A stretch of DNA of 64,000 nt. It comes from Pelomyxa schiedti (taxonomy: Eukaryota > Protista > Evosea). Below are positions 23,762 through 36,600 of this stretch, in pieces. The position numbers and the translations under genes are program-made. Positions within the stretch are counted from its first letter, which is position 1. The number at the start of each line of letters is the position of its first letter. The stretch covers positions 62,312-126,311 of the forward strand of contig JAHLWZ010000626.1 of assembly GCA_020536535.1 (NCBI GenBank). The letters are read 5' to 3'. Under the pieces are notes generated by a model. That model made no database searches and was not told the DNA's origin. It saw only the letters and a program-made list of their open reading frames with translations.

Positions 23762-26103
23762 ATGTCCACCACACGGGAAAACGCAGGGAGAGCCACAGTC
23801 GGGCACGACCACGAGCACCCAGCCATAGTTGTAGTAGCAAGTGTCTCCCCAGCGTCATTGAATGTCGATGTGGCCGAGGGCCGAGGTGCAAGCAATAGTG
23901 GGAAACAATTGGAATCTCCTGGAAGAGGCAGTGGTGATACTGATATAGTTGAGGAGAGTGAGGAAGAGAACGAGAACGAGAACGAGAACCAGAAACAGGA
24001 TAGCGGGGACAGAAGCGAGGATGGCGAGAAGTTGTCTTGGCAGCACCTCAGTCTGGGGATCTGCATGTCAATTATCTGCATGTCAATCTCGTTCATTGAG
24101 ACCATGATTGTTCGCCCCACCTCCACAGTTTTTTTTTTTGGTCCGCAGCTTATTACCTTTCTTTCTTTTTTTTTTTTTGAAGGTACCCGCAGTGCCAGTG
24201 ATTACAGAGGCATACCCTGACCAATCTGAGTGGGCTCCTTGGGTGCTATCAATATATCTTATGACTGGAGGTATTATTTCTTCTCTTGTTCTCCTACTGA
24301 CTGGTGATCAAGGAATTTCTACACCACTATTCACTGCATTCTCCATAAGGTTTGGATTTCGTGCTTCTTATGGACTCTGCCTTGGTTTCTATATCTTAGG
24401 TTGCGATTTTTACCTTGATGAGGCTGCTCACCCACCCAGGTTCTACTGGATGCAGTGTCTCCTTTTTGAGTTCAAATCTGGCCCTGCTGATTATCTCCAG
24501 AGGATTCCAAGGCTTGGGCATGGCAAGTTATGACATCAAAGAAGTTCTAACTATCCCAGACATCGTATATCCTGTGTATTTCCTTTGTTAATGCTTCTTT
24601 CCCAAAAAAATATGCAAATATCATGGTACTCAAACTTTTTTATTCCTTTGTACTCATGTACTTTAGATTGGTGTCCTTTCTGCCATGTACCCTGCTGGTG
24701 CGTCATTGGGATTAATTGGTGGTGGAGCAGCTCTAGACTACATATCATTCTCCTATAACGGACAAAGCTGTGAGTGGGTTGTTCTGTTTTGGATTATTAC
24801 ACCCATCGTTTCTGTGGTTTGCATAGCAATTCTTCTCAGTGCAAAGGATCCCCCAATCAACGATGGCACTAACCAAGTTGATTTTATAGGTGTGTTGTGT
24901 ACGTCAAATCACGTCATTTTTCCCACATAAAACATGTACCCAAGGTGCCCTTCTTCTTGGAGTAGCTGTTGGTGCATTTCTTGTTGGGTTAACTTTGCTG
25001 GACCAAGTACTTCCCGAGTGGGGAGATGAAGGTCCCATTCTGCTCCTTTGTTCAAGTCCTGTGTTCCTGGGGATGTTTATTGTTTGGGAGTTAATCTTCA
25101 GAAAAGACAAGGCACTGATTCCACCTCGACTGTTGCTTGACAGGTTTGGTTTTTCTTGTTTCTCGTCCCAACACCTCCCATAGAGCCCTCTTCATTCTTG
25201 ACTTCGCAATTTTTTCTGCCGGTTACAATACCTTTACACAGTTCATTGTAAGTTTCATCAAACTTGTAATACTCAGTCAGTTCTCACTCCATTGCAGACG
25301 ATTCCATCCTTCCTGAAAGAGGAGAACGGCTTTTTTGCAATCACAAGTTCCCTTATTGTTGGCCTCATTCTTTTTCCTGAAGGTATTCCGAACTTGATTG
25401 TGAGCCCTTTGAGTCCTCATCTTGTTAAAATTTATGGTTTCCCTCTCAACTCACAAATTTCATCTTACCAGTTCAGGAGGTCCAAATGTCTTTTTCGCAT
25501 TCTTTTTTATATTATTTGTGTCAATGTTCATTCAATGTTTCTTGCATGAAACACTTGCTCAGGTATTTTCCATACATTTGATTGTTCTAATCCCACGAAG
25601 CTGATTTTCATACAAATACTCTCCGGAATTGGTTCAGGAGGTGTTTTTACACTTCAGATGATTCTCATTGCGGGAGCAACTGAAAAACACACTTTTATGG
25701 CTGCTGCAGGTTTCCCAAAAGATGCTATGACTTCTAACTTCAATTAGGTGTGGGCACATTATTCAAAATTATTGGTTCTGCTATTGCGCCTGTAGTGTCA
25801 TCTGTGCTTATCAATGACTCTGAGAGTGCAAGGAGTGCAAGTGAAAGTTCATCTGTTTGTGTTTTGGTATCTTTTCATTTTACCCCTAACCATCCAAAAA
25901 CCAGGGCTCATGGGAAGGTGAAATGGGCTATGTTTACTCATGGGCAATATCAGCAGGCCTGCTTGGTGTTTCACTGGTTCTACTTCTATTCTTGCCTCAT
26001 CAGTTCAACCACTGCATCGATTTGTATCGCCGTGTTACACAGAAAAACAGTGAGAAACGAAGTTTGTTGGAGGATGAAAAAAATCCAACAAGAGATTAAA
26101 TGA
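23762..26103 (+). CDS. Major facilitator superfamily transporter (drug:H+ antiporter-like)
   Basis: Acidic N-terminal extension then many hydrophobic exons: SICMSISFIETMI, VPAVPVITEAYP...WVLSIYLMTGG, LIISRGFQGLGM, GLIGGGAALD, ALIPPRLL, IIGSAIAPVVSSVL. Confidence 0.85.
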
Positions 26104-26252
26104 CGAGGGGTGGGCCTGGAAGGAGGCACCAATAACCTTCGATTTTGTTTGGTTCAGTGCATTTTAGTTAGTAGTACTCTTCCAACCGACCACAGGACCG
26201 ACGAGTACGAGAGTCAGCTTCCGAGATTCATCAATCCCACAATAGAACGCCG

Positions 26253-28311
26253 ATGCAGGGCAACAACACGCAAGGTACAGCCCGCGGCGCGACGCAGGGG
26301 GACGACGGCGGCCAGCAGCAGCAGCACCACAGGCAGCCTCCCGAATCGTCCCCGCCGTCGGTGGGTCTTAGCGCCGCCACCAACCTCTCGTCCCTCCTCT
26401 CTTCCCTACTGCAGCAGCAGCTGCACCAGCAACAACAGCAGCAGCCGTACGCGGCGCCCTCCTCCTCGACCCGCGCCCCCGCAGCCCCTGCCGCCACCAC
26501 CCCCGCTCCCACCACCACCGCGACCACGACCACTACCACTACCACCACCACCAGCAGCAGCAGCAGCAGCAGCAGCAGTACAAGTACAAGCGGGGGGGCG
26601 GTGGGGCGGGAGGCGGCGAGCGCCTGCGAGGGGAGCGAGGAGGACCAGGTGGCGATAACGATCGACGACCCCACCGCGTCCACGTCTGCGTCCGCTGCTG
26701 CTCCCCCCGCGTCGCCGCCGTCTTCGTCTTCGTCTTCTTCTTCTTCGGCTTCATCTTCGTCTTCTGCCTCGACGATTGTGGCCAGTGAGCTGCTGAGCTA
26801 CCTACTGCAGCGGCCGCAGCAGCAGCAACAGCAACAACTGCCGATTCCTGCCACGCAGCCCACTGGGGGCGATGCGCCTGACACCGGTGGTGCTCACGCT
26901 CACGATCATGACCACGCCGACGCTGCTGCTGCTGCTGGTGGTGGCGGCGGCGGCGGCGCGCAGCAGCAGCAGCAGCAAGGGGCTAATGAGGAGGACTGGA
27001 ACCCGTTCTTTGACCAGGTCTCGCAGTTTTGCAGCGAAATCCTTGCTTTTGTACTTGTGGGGCTCATCGTTTTGGTTTTCCAGTTCAAATTTGGTACACC
27101 AATACTCCATTGGCAAAATGGTGCTTATTCCTTGTACTCGACAGGATTCCTGGTGGCTTTGTGGATGACAGTTCTATCCACTAACTTGAATGGAACAATA
27201 AAACATGAAGTTGCTCTCAAGGTTTGCAACTGCACTTTTAACGATCTTTCCTGATATTTAAAAAAAAAAAGGACAAATGCCACTGGCTCATGCTGTTTAT
27301 AGTTATAGTTGTCAGTGCTGTTCATTGTTGGGTCCCCTATGTATTAAAATACACCTATGGATATTCCTTAATGAAAGTCTGTAGGTTCTCTTTGAGGAAG
27401 AGGAATTATGGAAAGCGCTGAGTTAGTACAACTACATTCTGATTTATCTCAACTCCATATAGTTTTCTTACTTCCCTACGAGCCTAAATACAACTTTGCC
27501 ACAACTGTTTGGATCGTTCTTATCAATGGTATTTCGTAGTTCGCTCTTTTACCTTCTTTCCCTGAAGTACATACAAGACTTTGTCATCAGATTCGCCACG
27601 ATGGGGATGAAAGCTATTTTCATCCTTCTTTTACATCGCCGGCGGCAGCACTTAACACGCAACTTACAAATCTACAATGCACTTGAGGCAACCTCCAGAT
27701 TATACAGATGTCTAGTCATCACTGGTAAACACCCGTACATTTTCCTTCCTCTAATCTCGTTAAGCAATGTGGACCCGATATTTTGCTATTAATATATGGG
27801 GCATAGATAGCATATTCTTTTCACTTGCTGTTTCTCTTATGTATGTGGATCCTCTCGAGGTCATTTGAAATTAAAGCTGTGCACAGATATTTATCCTTGA
27901 AACTCTGTGGTCTTTTCCCCAGACAAAAGGAATGTCTCACTGCTTTCACACAGTGTTTTTCATCCTCTTCAGCTTTTGGATCGTACGTCCTGAACAATGA
28001 ACTTTTTTTTTTTTTCCTAAGGTTTTCTTCAGGGCACCCACGGCACAAGAAATCGAAGCAACTCGCGTGTGCCCAATTTGTCAGGACACCCTAACAAGAC
28101 CGCTTGCTTTGCAATGCAGACATATCTTTTGTGAAGACTGTATCACAGAGTGGTATGTAGTGTTTGATGGTACCTTGGCACTCATTTCTATTTTACTTTT
28201 CCCAGGCTTGCATCACAGAAGAGCTGCCCTATGTGCCGCCGTTTTGTGGAATATGGCGCCTTTGCCACAAGCTACAATGGGCACACAGCACAATTGATTT
28301 GTTTGGTGTAG
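26253..28311 (+). CDS. RING finger and transmembrane domain protein (RNFT1/RNFT2-like E3 ligase)
   Basis: Gln/Thr/Ser-rich N-terminus, several TM segments, C3HC4 RING CPICQDTLTRPLALQCRHIFCEDCITEW|LASQKSCPMCR and short tail YNGHTAQLICLV*. Confidence 0.85.
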
Positions 28312-28551
28312 TTGTAAATTTCATTCGCAAAATTTTGAACATAACCAAGAGAAAAAGGAGTTATTTTTTTAGGAAATGTTCTTCATTTGCTCAGTTTGCC
28401 TCGTGCACACGTCGTGCAGAGTCAATAACAAATGGTGGAACCAATCATGCTAGACTGGCAGGTATTGTATTTTCTTTATTGACTTAGAAAACTTTGGGGT
28501 ACGAGAAGGGACTTGGTGTCAAAACTGAGACAGAGAAAGTGCACGTTTGCC

Positions 28552-30371
28552 TCAAAAATTGGTGTAGAGGGAGGAAGGAGTGGGGAAGGGGTCTTCTCTG
28601 GATAGAACGAGAACAGCGTGTTGATGGGACATGTATCCTTTAATCAGCTTGTTGTAAATCAGGTTGGCAATGTGACACTCCAGGTGGTCTTTGTCCACCT
28701 CAGTGCACGAGTCCCAAACACTTACAGCATCAGCAGGCTTAACAACTGGCCGGTGTGTGGTGGAATATCTCAGTGCGGCTTCAAAGACTCGGAGGAACAT
28801 TTTGCTCTCCCGGCCACTTAGAACCCAGCACTTTCGGAACAGGGTGCGCATGACCATGCACTGCAGCTGCTCCAGCACAAGAAACACTCCTTTTCTGACA
28901 AACAGGTCCCCATAATCCTGGAAAGCCTGGAGCATCAAGCACAGGTCACCAGTTCGGACGGCCTGCACAATATCTGTGTAACAGTCCAGGCCGTGTGTCT
29001 CAAGTAATCCACGAGGTGGCATTTTCCCATGAAGCATCATTACTGGTACGAGGTAGAACAGAGACATCCTCCGGTTCTTCTTACTACTTTCGTGGCAGTT
29101 TGTAAAAGCAGTAAACAGTAATTTCTCTGCAATCGGGTATTCCCCATCAAGGAGAGCAGAGCGACCTCTGTAGAATTGGAAGCACACATCCTATTTGATG
29201 TGTTTAGAAGCTATTTTCGGTCACACAGGAAAAAAAAAAAAAAACCGAGATTATGTACTTGTATCCACAGATTATTAATATTAATGATATGTGTGCATTC
29301 ACACACGTGTGTGAATGTTTAAAACATGTACATCAGATTTGTGAAGAGATGGCACTCCGTTTGTGTACTTGTCAAGAGTTTTCCCCAGACGATTTCTCAA
29401 GGCAGTTAAACCGAGTCTCTGGAAAATTTATGATGAAGTATTAGACCAAATAGGAATATTGAGGAATGTGTAAGTGCACATACGAAGTAAATTTTGAATA
29501 GGTGATTTGAAAGTGGAAGAAGTGCGGCCGTCTTGGACGATGCGGCATCAGTTTTTCTGTCAATCTGGCAAGTCTGCAAACAATGCGAGATGATTCTCGC
29601 TGCATCACTCAAGTAAGTGTTTTTATTTGCCTTTCTGACAACTTGGACTTCCGAAGCAGAGGATGCAGATGTAGAAGTGGAAGTGGAAGTGGAAGTGGCA
29701 GTCGAAGTGGAAGTGGGTGTAGAAGTAGAAGCAGATGGAAGCGGGGAAGCGTTGGCGGCGGCAGTTTCCTCCAAATCAGCGGCTCTGCCCAGCAAGCGGA
29801 GGTCGGCGATCGATGTAAGGAACGCCGGCATGGCCCACCCGTACCCCTGGCTTCCCATAATGTCGTTCAGCTGCTGCGCCACCACCGTCTGGTGCACGTA
29901 CGCCACCCCCAGCGCCAACTTGGCCTTGCCCGGCCCCGACGCCGAGGACGCCGAGGACGACGCCGACGAGGCCGGGGGGGACTTGGCGTGGGCCAAGATG
30001 CACATGCAGCAGAGGACGTGCTCGGCGCAGGCGCGGGCCAGGGCGGGCTCCATGCGGGCGGAGAAGAAGGCCAGGACGGCGTCGCTGGCGGCGGGGCTCG
30101 GGGGCACGACGCCGTGGGCCGCCGCGGCGGGGGAGGCGGAGGCGGAGGGGGCGGAGAACTCGCGGGGGAAGCCCTGGACGGAGCGGGCGCTGGAGTCGAT
30201 CTGGCGGAGGCGCGCGGCGAGGGGGGAGGAGGCCGGGGCGCGGCGGGCGGCGGCGCCGACGTCGCCGCCGTCGGCGCGGCGGTCGATGGGCAGGGACAGC
30301 ACGGCGGCGAGCTGCTGCCCGTCCATGTTGTCGTTGGCTTCCATCACCTGCTGCGCGATGTTGTTCATCAT
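28552..30371 (-). CDS. PCID2: PCI domain-containing protein 2 / CSN12 / Thp1-like
   Basis: LPLSNHLFKIYF, YRGRSALLDGEYPIAEKLLFTAF, KNRRMSLFYLVPVMMLHGKMP, LECHIANLIYNKLIKGYMSHQHAVLVLSREDPFP; low-complexity Ala/Ser/Thr insertions in the GC-rich first exon. Confidence 0.88.
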
Positions 30372-30663
30372 ATCCGTGGCCTTTTTTTATTTCAACCTGT
30401 GTGCACAAGTATCTGTTGTTCTCTCCAGGTTACGACGAACCTCAACAGCTCATAGTGGTGGTTCTCGTGGATTTTGTACTGAGTAGGGAGGTTGCCTCTC
30501 AGTACAGAGCTTCCTGGAACACTGATGGATTTGTGGCTTCGAAAAGGAGGGGAAAAAAAATAAAAACTTGGAAAAACTAGTTATGTCTTGGATGTGCTTG
30601 CCTGGGTGATGGCGAAAAACCAAAACATCAAGACTTTATCATTTCTCCATTTTCTTCCGACCA

Positions 30664-33600
30664 ATGCAGTCCCCTACACAGACCGCCACCGGCGTCGGCG
30701 ATGCGCAGCTCTCACAACAACCCCGAGCATCCCGTAGGCCCCCACGTCCCATGTCTCAATTTGGTCCACATCAGACGATTGTCACAAGAATTCGCGAGAT
30801 CTTGGGCCAGTACCCTGCTGATCACCAGATGCTTTTTGTGTGTCACCCTCCTTCTTCAGCTATTAACTTCCAAGTAACTCTTTATTTTTCTTTGTTACAG
30901 GAGTTATTACAAAATGCCGATGATGCGGGTGCCACTATGTTGAAACTAGTTCTTGATGAACACCACTACAGTGGGTCTTTTATTTTATTTTAGTTTATTT
31001 TGTAAATGCTATTACCAGGATTCCCTGTGGACTCTGTGGCAGCACTAAATGGGTTGCAAGAACCTGGCCTCGTGGTATTCAACAATGCCCAGTTCACCCA
31101 GGAAGACATAGAAGGAATTCAGAGTATTGGTGACAGTGTGAAAAAAACCAAAAGTGAGAAAATTGGCCAGTTTGGCATTGGATTCAACAGCATGTACCAC
31201 CTGACAGACACCCCATACCTACTATCTGCTGATTTTGTTGCTGTTCTTGACCCCATGCCAAAATTCTGCAGCAAATACAGTGAACTTCCTGGTGCTCGCT
31301 TTTCCCTTACTGAACTGACTGCCCCTGAAAATGACTATAGTGAGTTGCTTCAGCCATTCTGTGCTCACCTGTTTGGGCTGAACATATCTTCTGGAGTGTG
31401 TGAGGGCACTGTGTTTAAACTTCCCTTGCGGACTTGTTGTGAAGAGGGTGTGAGCAGAGAGGTGTTTTCCACTGGCAGAGTAAGGGAGCTCTTTCGCACA
31501 TTTATTGATGCAGCCCCACAAGTGTTGTTATTCCTGAGGAATGTGCGCACTGTTGAAATTGGAGTGTTGGAAGAAAGGTCTGACAATATACAACCATTTG
31601 CAATTGTGTCAAAAGATATCCAACAACCACCACCTTCTTGTGGTACACTCCTTACACTTACATCTTCTCTTACAAACCAATCGCCTTTGAGCAGACAGTA
31701 TATTCTCCATCACAATACTTTCAGTGGAGACTGCATTGAAGTCTCTTCTGTAATGGAAAAACTTTTAAAAGCGAGTGTCACTGGGGAAGTCAGGGCTATG
31801 GCCTTTGGGGGAATTGCTGTTCCCCTCCCTTACTCAACATTGCCTCACCCGGGAACAGAGGAGTTGTTGGGTGGTGTGAGTTGTTTCTTGCCCCTTGCCA
31901 GATGCAAGAGCCTGTTCAATTTCATTGTGAATGGTGCCTTTGAACTCTCTTCATGTCGACGTGATCTTCTGAGGGAAAGAGGCCCAAAAGCAGAGTGGAA
32001 CTTGATGATTCTGAAGAGCGTTGTTGCACCACTTGTTCCGCAGGTTCTCAGCGAAGTTGTCAAGCATTGGCCTCCTGGAGTTCCATTTTCCACCCTGTGG
32101 GAATACCTTCCAAGCCATGACGTGGCTGGGGAGCAATGGACTCCGTTCATAAAATCTGTCTACGAGTGCATCAGTTCGCATTCCAACACGTTCATGGTTC
32201 CATCCTGGAAAGAAACCTGGATTCTGCTCTCTGATGCTATTGTCATTTCACCAACAAAAAGGAACAACCTCGAACAATCATCCTCCCTGTCAGTGTTGTG
32301 TGAAGCACTTGGAGACACAGCAGTGTTTGCCCCAAACCACGTTTGGGTGGGCTTTTTCGGCAACAGCAATAACAACACGACCAGCACCACCCCAACAGGA
32401 GCAGGAGGAGTGACAACACTAAGCAGCAGCAGCCTGCGTGCAGCACTCAAGAAATCCAAGTTCGTCCCGCCCAACGCACAGCACGCCGGGATCTTGCTTG
32501 AGATGTGCCTGGAAGATGAGAATTTCTCCGAACTCACCGGGTTGCCCCTCGTTCCCTTGCTCGATGGGAGGATGTCTGCATTCAACAACGGTGAAAGGAA
32601 GCAAATAATCTGCAAGACCAAACTCCAACAGGATGTGATCAACTTCCTGGAACCATCATCTGTTGTGGACACAGAATCACTTCCCCAGAAAGTCACGGTT
32701 GTGTTGCAAACAAGGTTCAAGGAGTTGAACCTGATCCCATTTTCCCTCGAGCACTTGGCAACCCTCTTGGAACGCATCAAGGGTGTGAGAGCATCACCCC
32801 AACCAACAACAACAGGAAACAACAACCACCTGAGTTCACTCAACCTTCCTGATGGTTTCTTGGAGAAGTTCTGGGATCTTCCTGACGATGACACGTGGCA
32901 CAGATTCAACGATTTCCACCTCGTTCCCGTTGTTGGAGGGAAACTTTGCACACCATCGTCAAAGCCCCTTCTCGTCGAACAACAAGCGAACATGGAATCG
33001 GTCACTACGCTGGCACAAGTCACTGAAGAGCACGGCGTTTTCTTCTCCGCCTTGCAAGGCAGTTTCACAACGTTGAGGAAGAACCTCACACCGTTTTCAT
33101 GCCAGTCTCTGGCAAGGGCTCTTTTGCCAGTGGCACAACTGCTGTGCAGTTCACCACCACAAAACCTCAGGTCTGTTGCAACGTTCTTCGAGGAACAACT
33201 GTCCAACTCTGACTGCAACAATGTGGAGACGCAGGAAACTCTGCTGAGGCTCCCCCTGTTCAAGTTGTCGTCGGGAGGATATCACGCACTCTCAGATCCG
33301 AGGTTCAAACTTGGGCCAAAAGGTGTTGACGCACGTCTCCTCCCAGCAGAGTACATCTGCGACTCGGAGTCTGGCCAGTTGGCGGAGCGACTTAAAGTTC
33401 TCAGAGTGTCTCTTTTGGACTTTTACATGTATGTCGTTCTCCCAAGCTTCCTCACCATGGACACCAACCTGCGCGAGAAAACTGCGTTGAAGATCCTCGA
33501 AGCGGACTTCCATATTTTCAAGAGGGAGCATCTCACCACTTTGAGTCAGGTTCCTTGGGTCACTGCTGACAACAATGAGCCCAAGCGCCCTTGTTCTCTA

Positions 33601-36600
33601 ACTTTTAGCTCTCCTGAAAATCTTGCAGTTGTACCATCTGGAAGTGGGTTCTATCCTGCAACACAATTTTGTAAAGCTCATTTTAGCTCATTTCTATCAT
33701 CATGTGGAATGTCTGAGTTATTGTCTCCCCAAGCCCTTAGGAAGCAATGCCTGACTTGTCAAGATGCCAACTTCTCAGAGGCTTTGCTCAACTATCTTCA
33801 AGCCCACAGCAATATACTGAATACTGAACTGGACGATGCATTGAATTCCACTGCATGGATTCCATGCAAAGCAGCACCTCCCAATTCACCATGGCGTTAT
33901 ATTGAGATTACAGAGCCCTTTTTGAAGCCTTCTTCATTGATCCTCCAGACACAGAAGCACTTGGGTTTTGCCATTCACCCAATTTGTGGATTTAGCATCG
34001 TCTCTGAGGTGCAGTCTCACCTTAATTTCAAGAAATTGACAACTGAGGAGATAATATCACAGCTCACCAAAGTTGCAGCACAATTCAATTCAATGGCAAA
34101 AGAGCAACAGCAAGAGCATGCACGTAAGGCTGAAAAGGTGGCTACATCCATTTTCCAAAAACTCCAGGAGAACCCATACTTTGATCACATCCCTCCAATT
34201 TCTGAAGCACCAATAATTTGGACGGGCACATGTTTTGCAGAACCTTCACGAGTTGAAGTAGAGAAAACTTCTGGTCTCCACTTGGAGCCTTTTCTTTACA
34301 CTGTGCCACACACACTTATCAAATACACACCTGTGCTGAGGAAACTTGGAGTGGTGGACACGTTCACCCTTTCTCATCTCATTGATTTTGTCAATAGTAG
34401 TCTTGGTCCCCATTATCAAAACCACCCACTTCCCAATGACGTCTTGAACATAGTGAAGCATGTTCTCCAAAGCATTTTCTCACAGCAGGATGCTTATGCA
34501 ACAAGCAACTCCAAAGTCAAGTACATGTTAACATCAGAGTCTATGCTTGCACCAATTGCAGATGTTGTCTATGATGACTTGAAAGACCATGCCTTAATAC
34601 TTGAAAAAAAGCTTTTGGACCCCATCTTTTCGGAAGATGCCGCTAAGGTATTTGGTGTTACTTTACTTGGAGAGCATCTACAGAGTTCCATTTCTCAAGG
34701 GATGTCATTTGGGCAGCATGTGGATGTGGTCAATGTCATTCAGTACATGTTGCGAGACACACCATGTGGTCCACGCATTCTGTATGAAATTTTGCAGAAC
34801 GCTGATGATGCTGGGGCAAGTGTTGTAAAAATCATGTTGGATTGCTTCACATACAGTTCAGAAAAACTACTTCATCCATCTATGCAACCTTTTCAAGGAC
34901 CTGCTCTTGTGGCATATAATAATGCTATGTTCCAACCAAGTGATTGGAATGCAATCCAAACGATTGCATCAGGAACCAAAGAGAGTCATCTCGGGAAAAT
35001 TGGACGCTATGGCGTTGGGTTCTTGTCATGCTTCCACGTCACCGATCTTCCTTCAATTTTATCAGGTGACACTCTGGCTTTCTTTGATCCTCTTTGCACA
35101 CATGTTCCACTGGCTTCACACTCATCTCCTGGGCGCTGTTACAAATTGAGTGGGGACAGGGGCACGCAGTGCAAACAGAGTTATGCATCCCAGTTCGAGC
35201 CTTACAAGGTACGTTTTGGCAGAACCTTTTGGGTTACCCTCACAACATGTTACAACACAGACCTTTGGATGGGATGGAACCAACTTATCTGGGACTGTGT
35301 TGCGCCTTCCTTTGCGCCAAGGAACTTTGCCAGACCATAAAAGTGTTGTACAAACTTTTTTGAACGGTATACCCATGTTTCTTTTGAATGTTATCTCACA
35401 AATTCAGCCAACACAATCAAGGGATACTTTCATCAATTTGCCACTGCAATCGAGACCTCTATCCTGTTCCTCAAGAATGTCCGGTCTGTTCAAATAAGTG
35501 TGAGAGAAGCAGATAGTACAATAAGCTTTTTGCACTCTACGACATGCACCGAGTTACAACCAGAGATGAGAGATCCCTTACTTCAATTTGTTGGCTCAGG
35601 AAGTTTCATGTACGGTGGCAGAAGGGACTGCACAAGAGTTGTTGAGGTTTCTCAAGAACAGAATGAGTCGCCATCTTCTTGTCAAACATGGGTTGTTGCA
35701 GAAGCAGTGGTTGTGGATAAGAGAACACAAAGCCTTGTCCAGGCAAACAACGAGAAGGGAATCTTGTCCTCCGTCCCCTGGGTTGGTGTTGCAATACCAG
35801 TTAAATGTATGTTATTTCCCTGAGCTCTCCCTTTGATGTCTCACTTGCATTACAGCTGCTCAAATTTTGACCCCACATGCCACCCCTTTAGGCACAGTGA
35901 ACTGTTTTCTTCCCCTTCCCGAAACAACCACGTTGCCTGTTGCTCTGAATGCCCTTTTTGAACTTTCCACAGGCCGGGAAATAACTCAATCAATAACAGA
36001 TTCTATGTGGAACAAGGAAATTTTTTCTTTGATTGCTGAGACATATTGCCACCTTTTGGAATGGTTCAAAGAGCACACTCCTATTTATGATAGACAATCT
36101 CTTTTTTCTGTGATACCTGACAGAACCGATCGCTTTCATATTGCTGAATCAGTGTGGGAAACCCTTAAGAAGAAAAGAATTATTTATAGTCTCGTAACTG
36201 GCACCTGGGAACTTCCTTCCACAGTAAAAAATTTACAACAGGAAATTCCTCAATCTATCCACACCTTCTTGGTGAATGATCATCTTCCCTTTGCGCAAGT
36301 ACCTACTGCAATTGCTTGTCACCTGGGAATTGTGGCATTTGATGCAACTGTTCTAGCCAAGTACTTGTCATTACACACATTTTCTCAGGAAGATTTTTCC
36401 ACTCCAAATACTGTTGCCGTGCTTCACGATTCATTGCGCTTTTGTCTGCAAGCCCTGTGTGTTAATTTTCCAGTAGTAACACACAACAGCATTACCCGAT
36501 TAAGTTCCAATGCGGGACTGGTGTATGGCACAAGTGACGCTACAATATTAGAAGTTGTGAACAGTTCCGCAGCATCTCACATTGTCGATGAAACATCTTC

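Noticed and set aside
29583-30486. Several long overlapping ORFs in GC-rich patches (also 5089-5846, 26110-27168, 41575-42553)
   Set aside because: Stop-codon scarcity in GC-rich, low-complexity exons; not overlapping genes.
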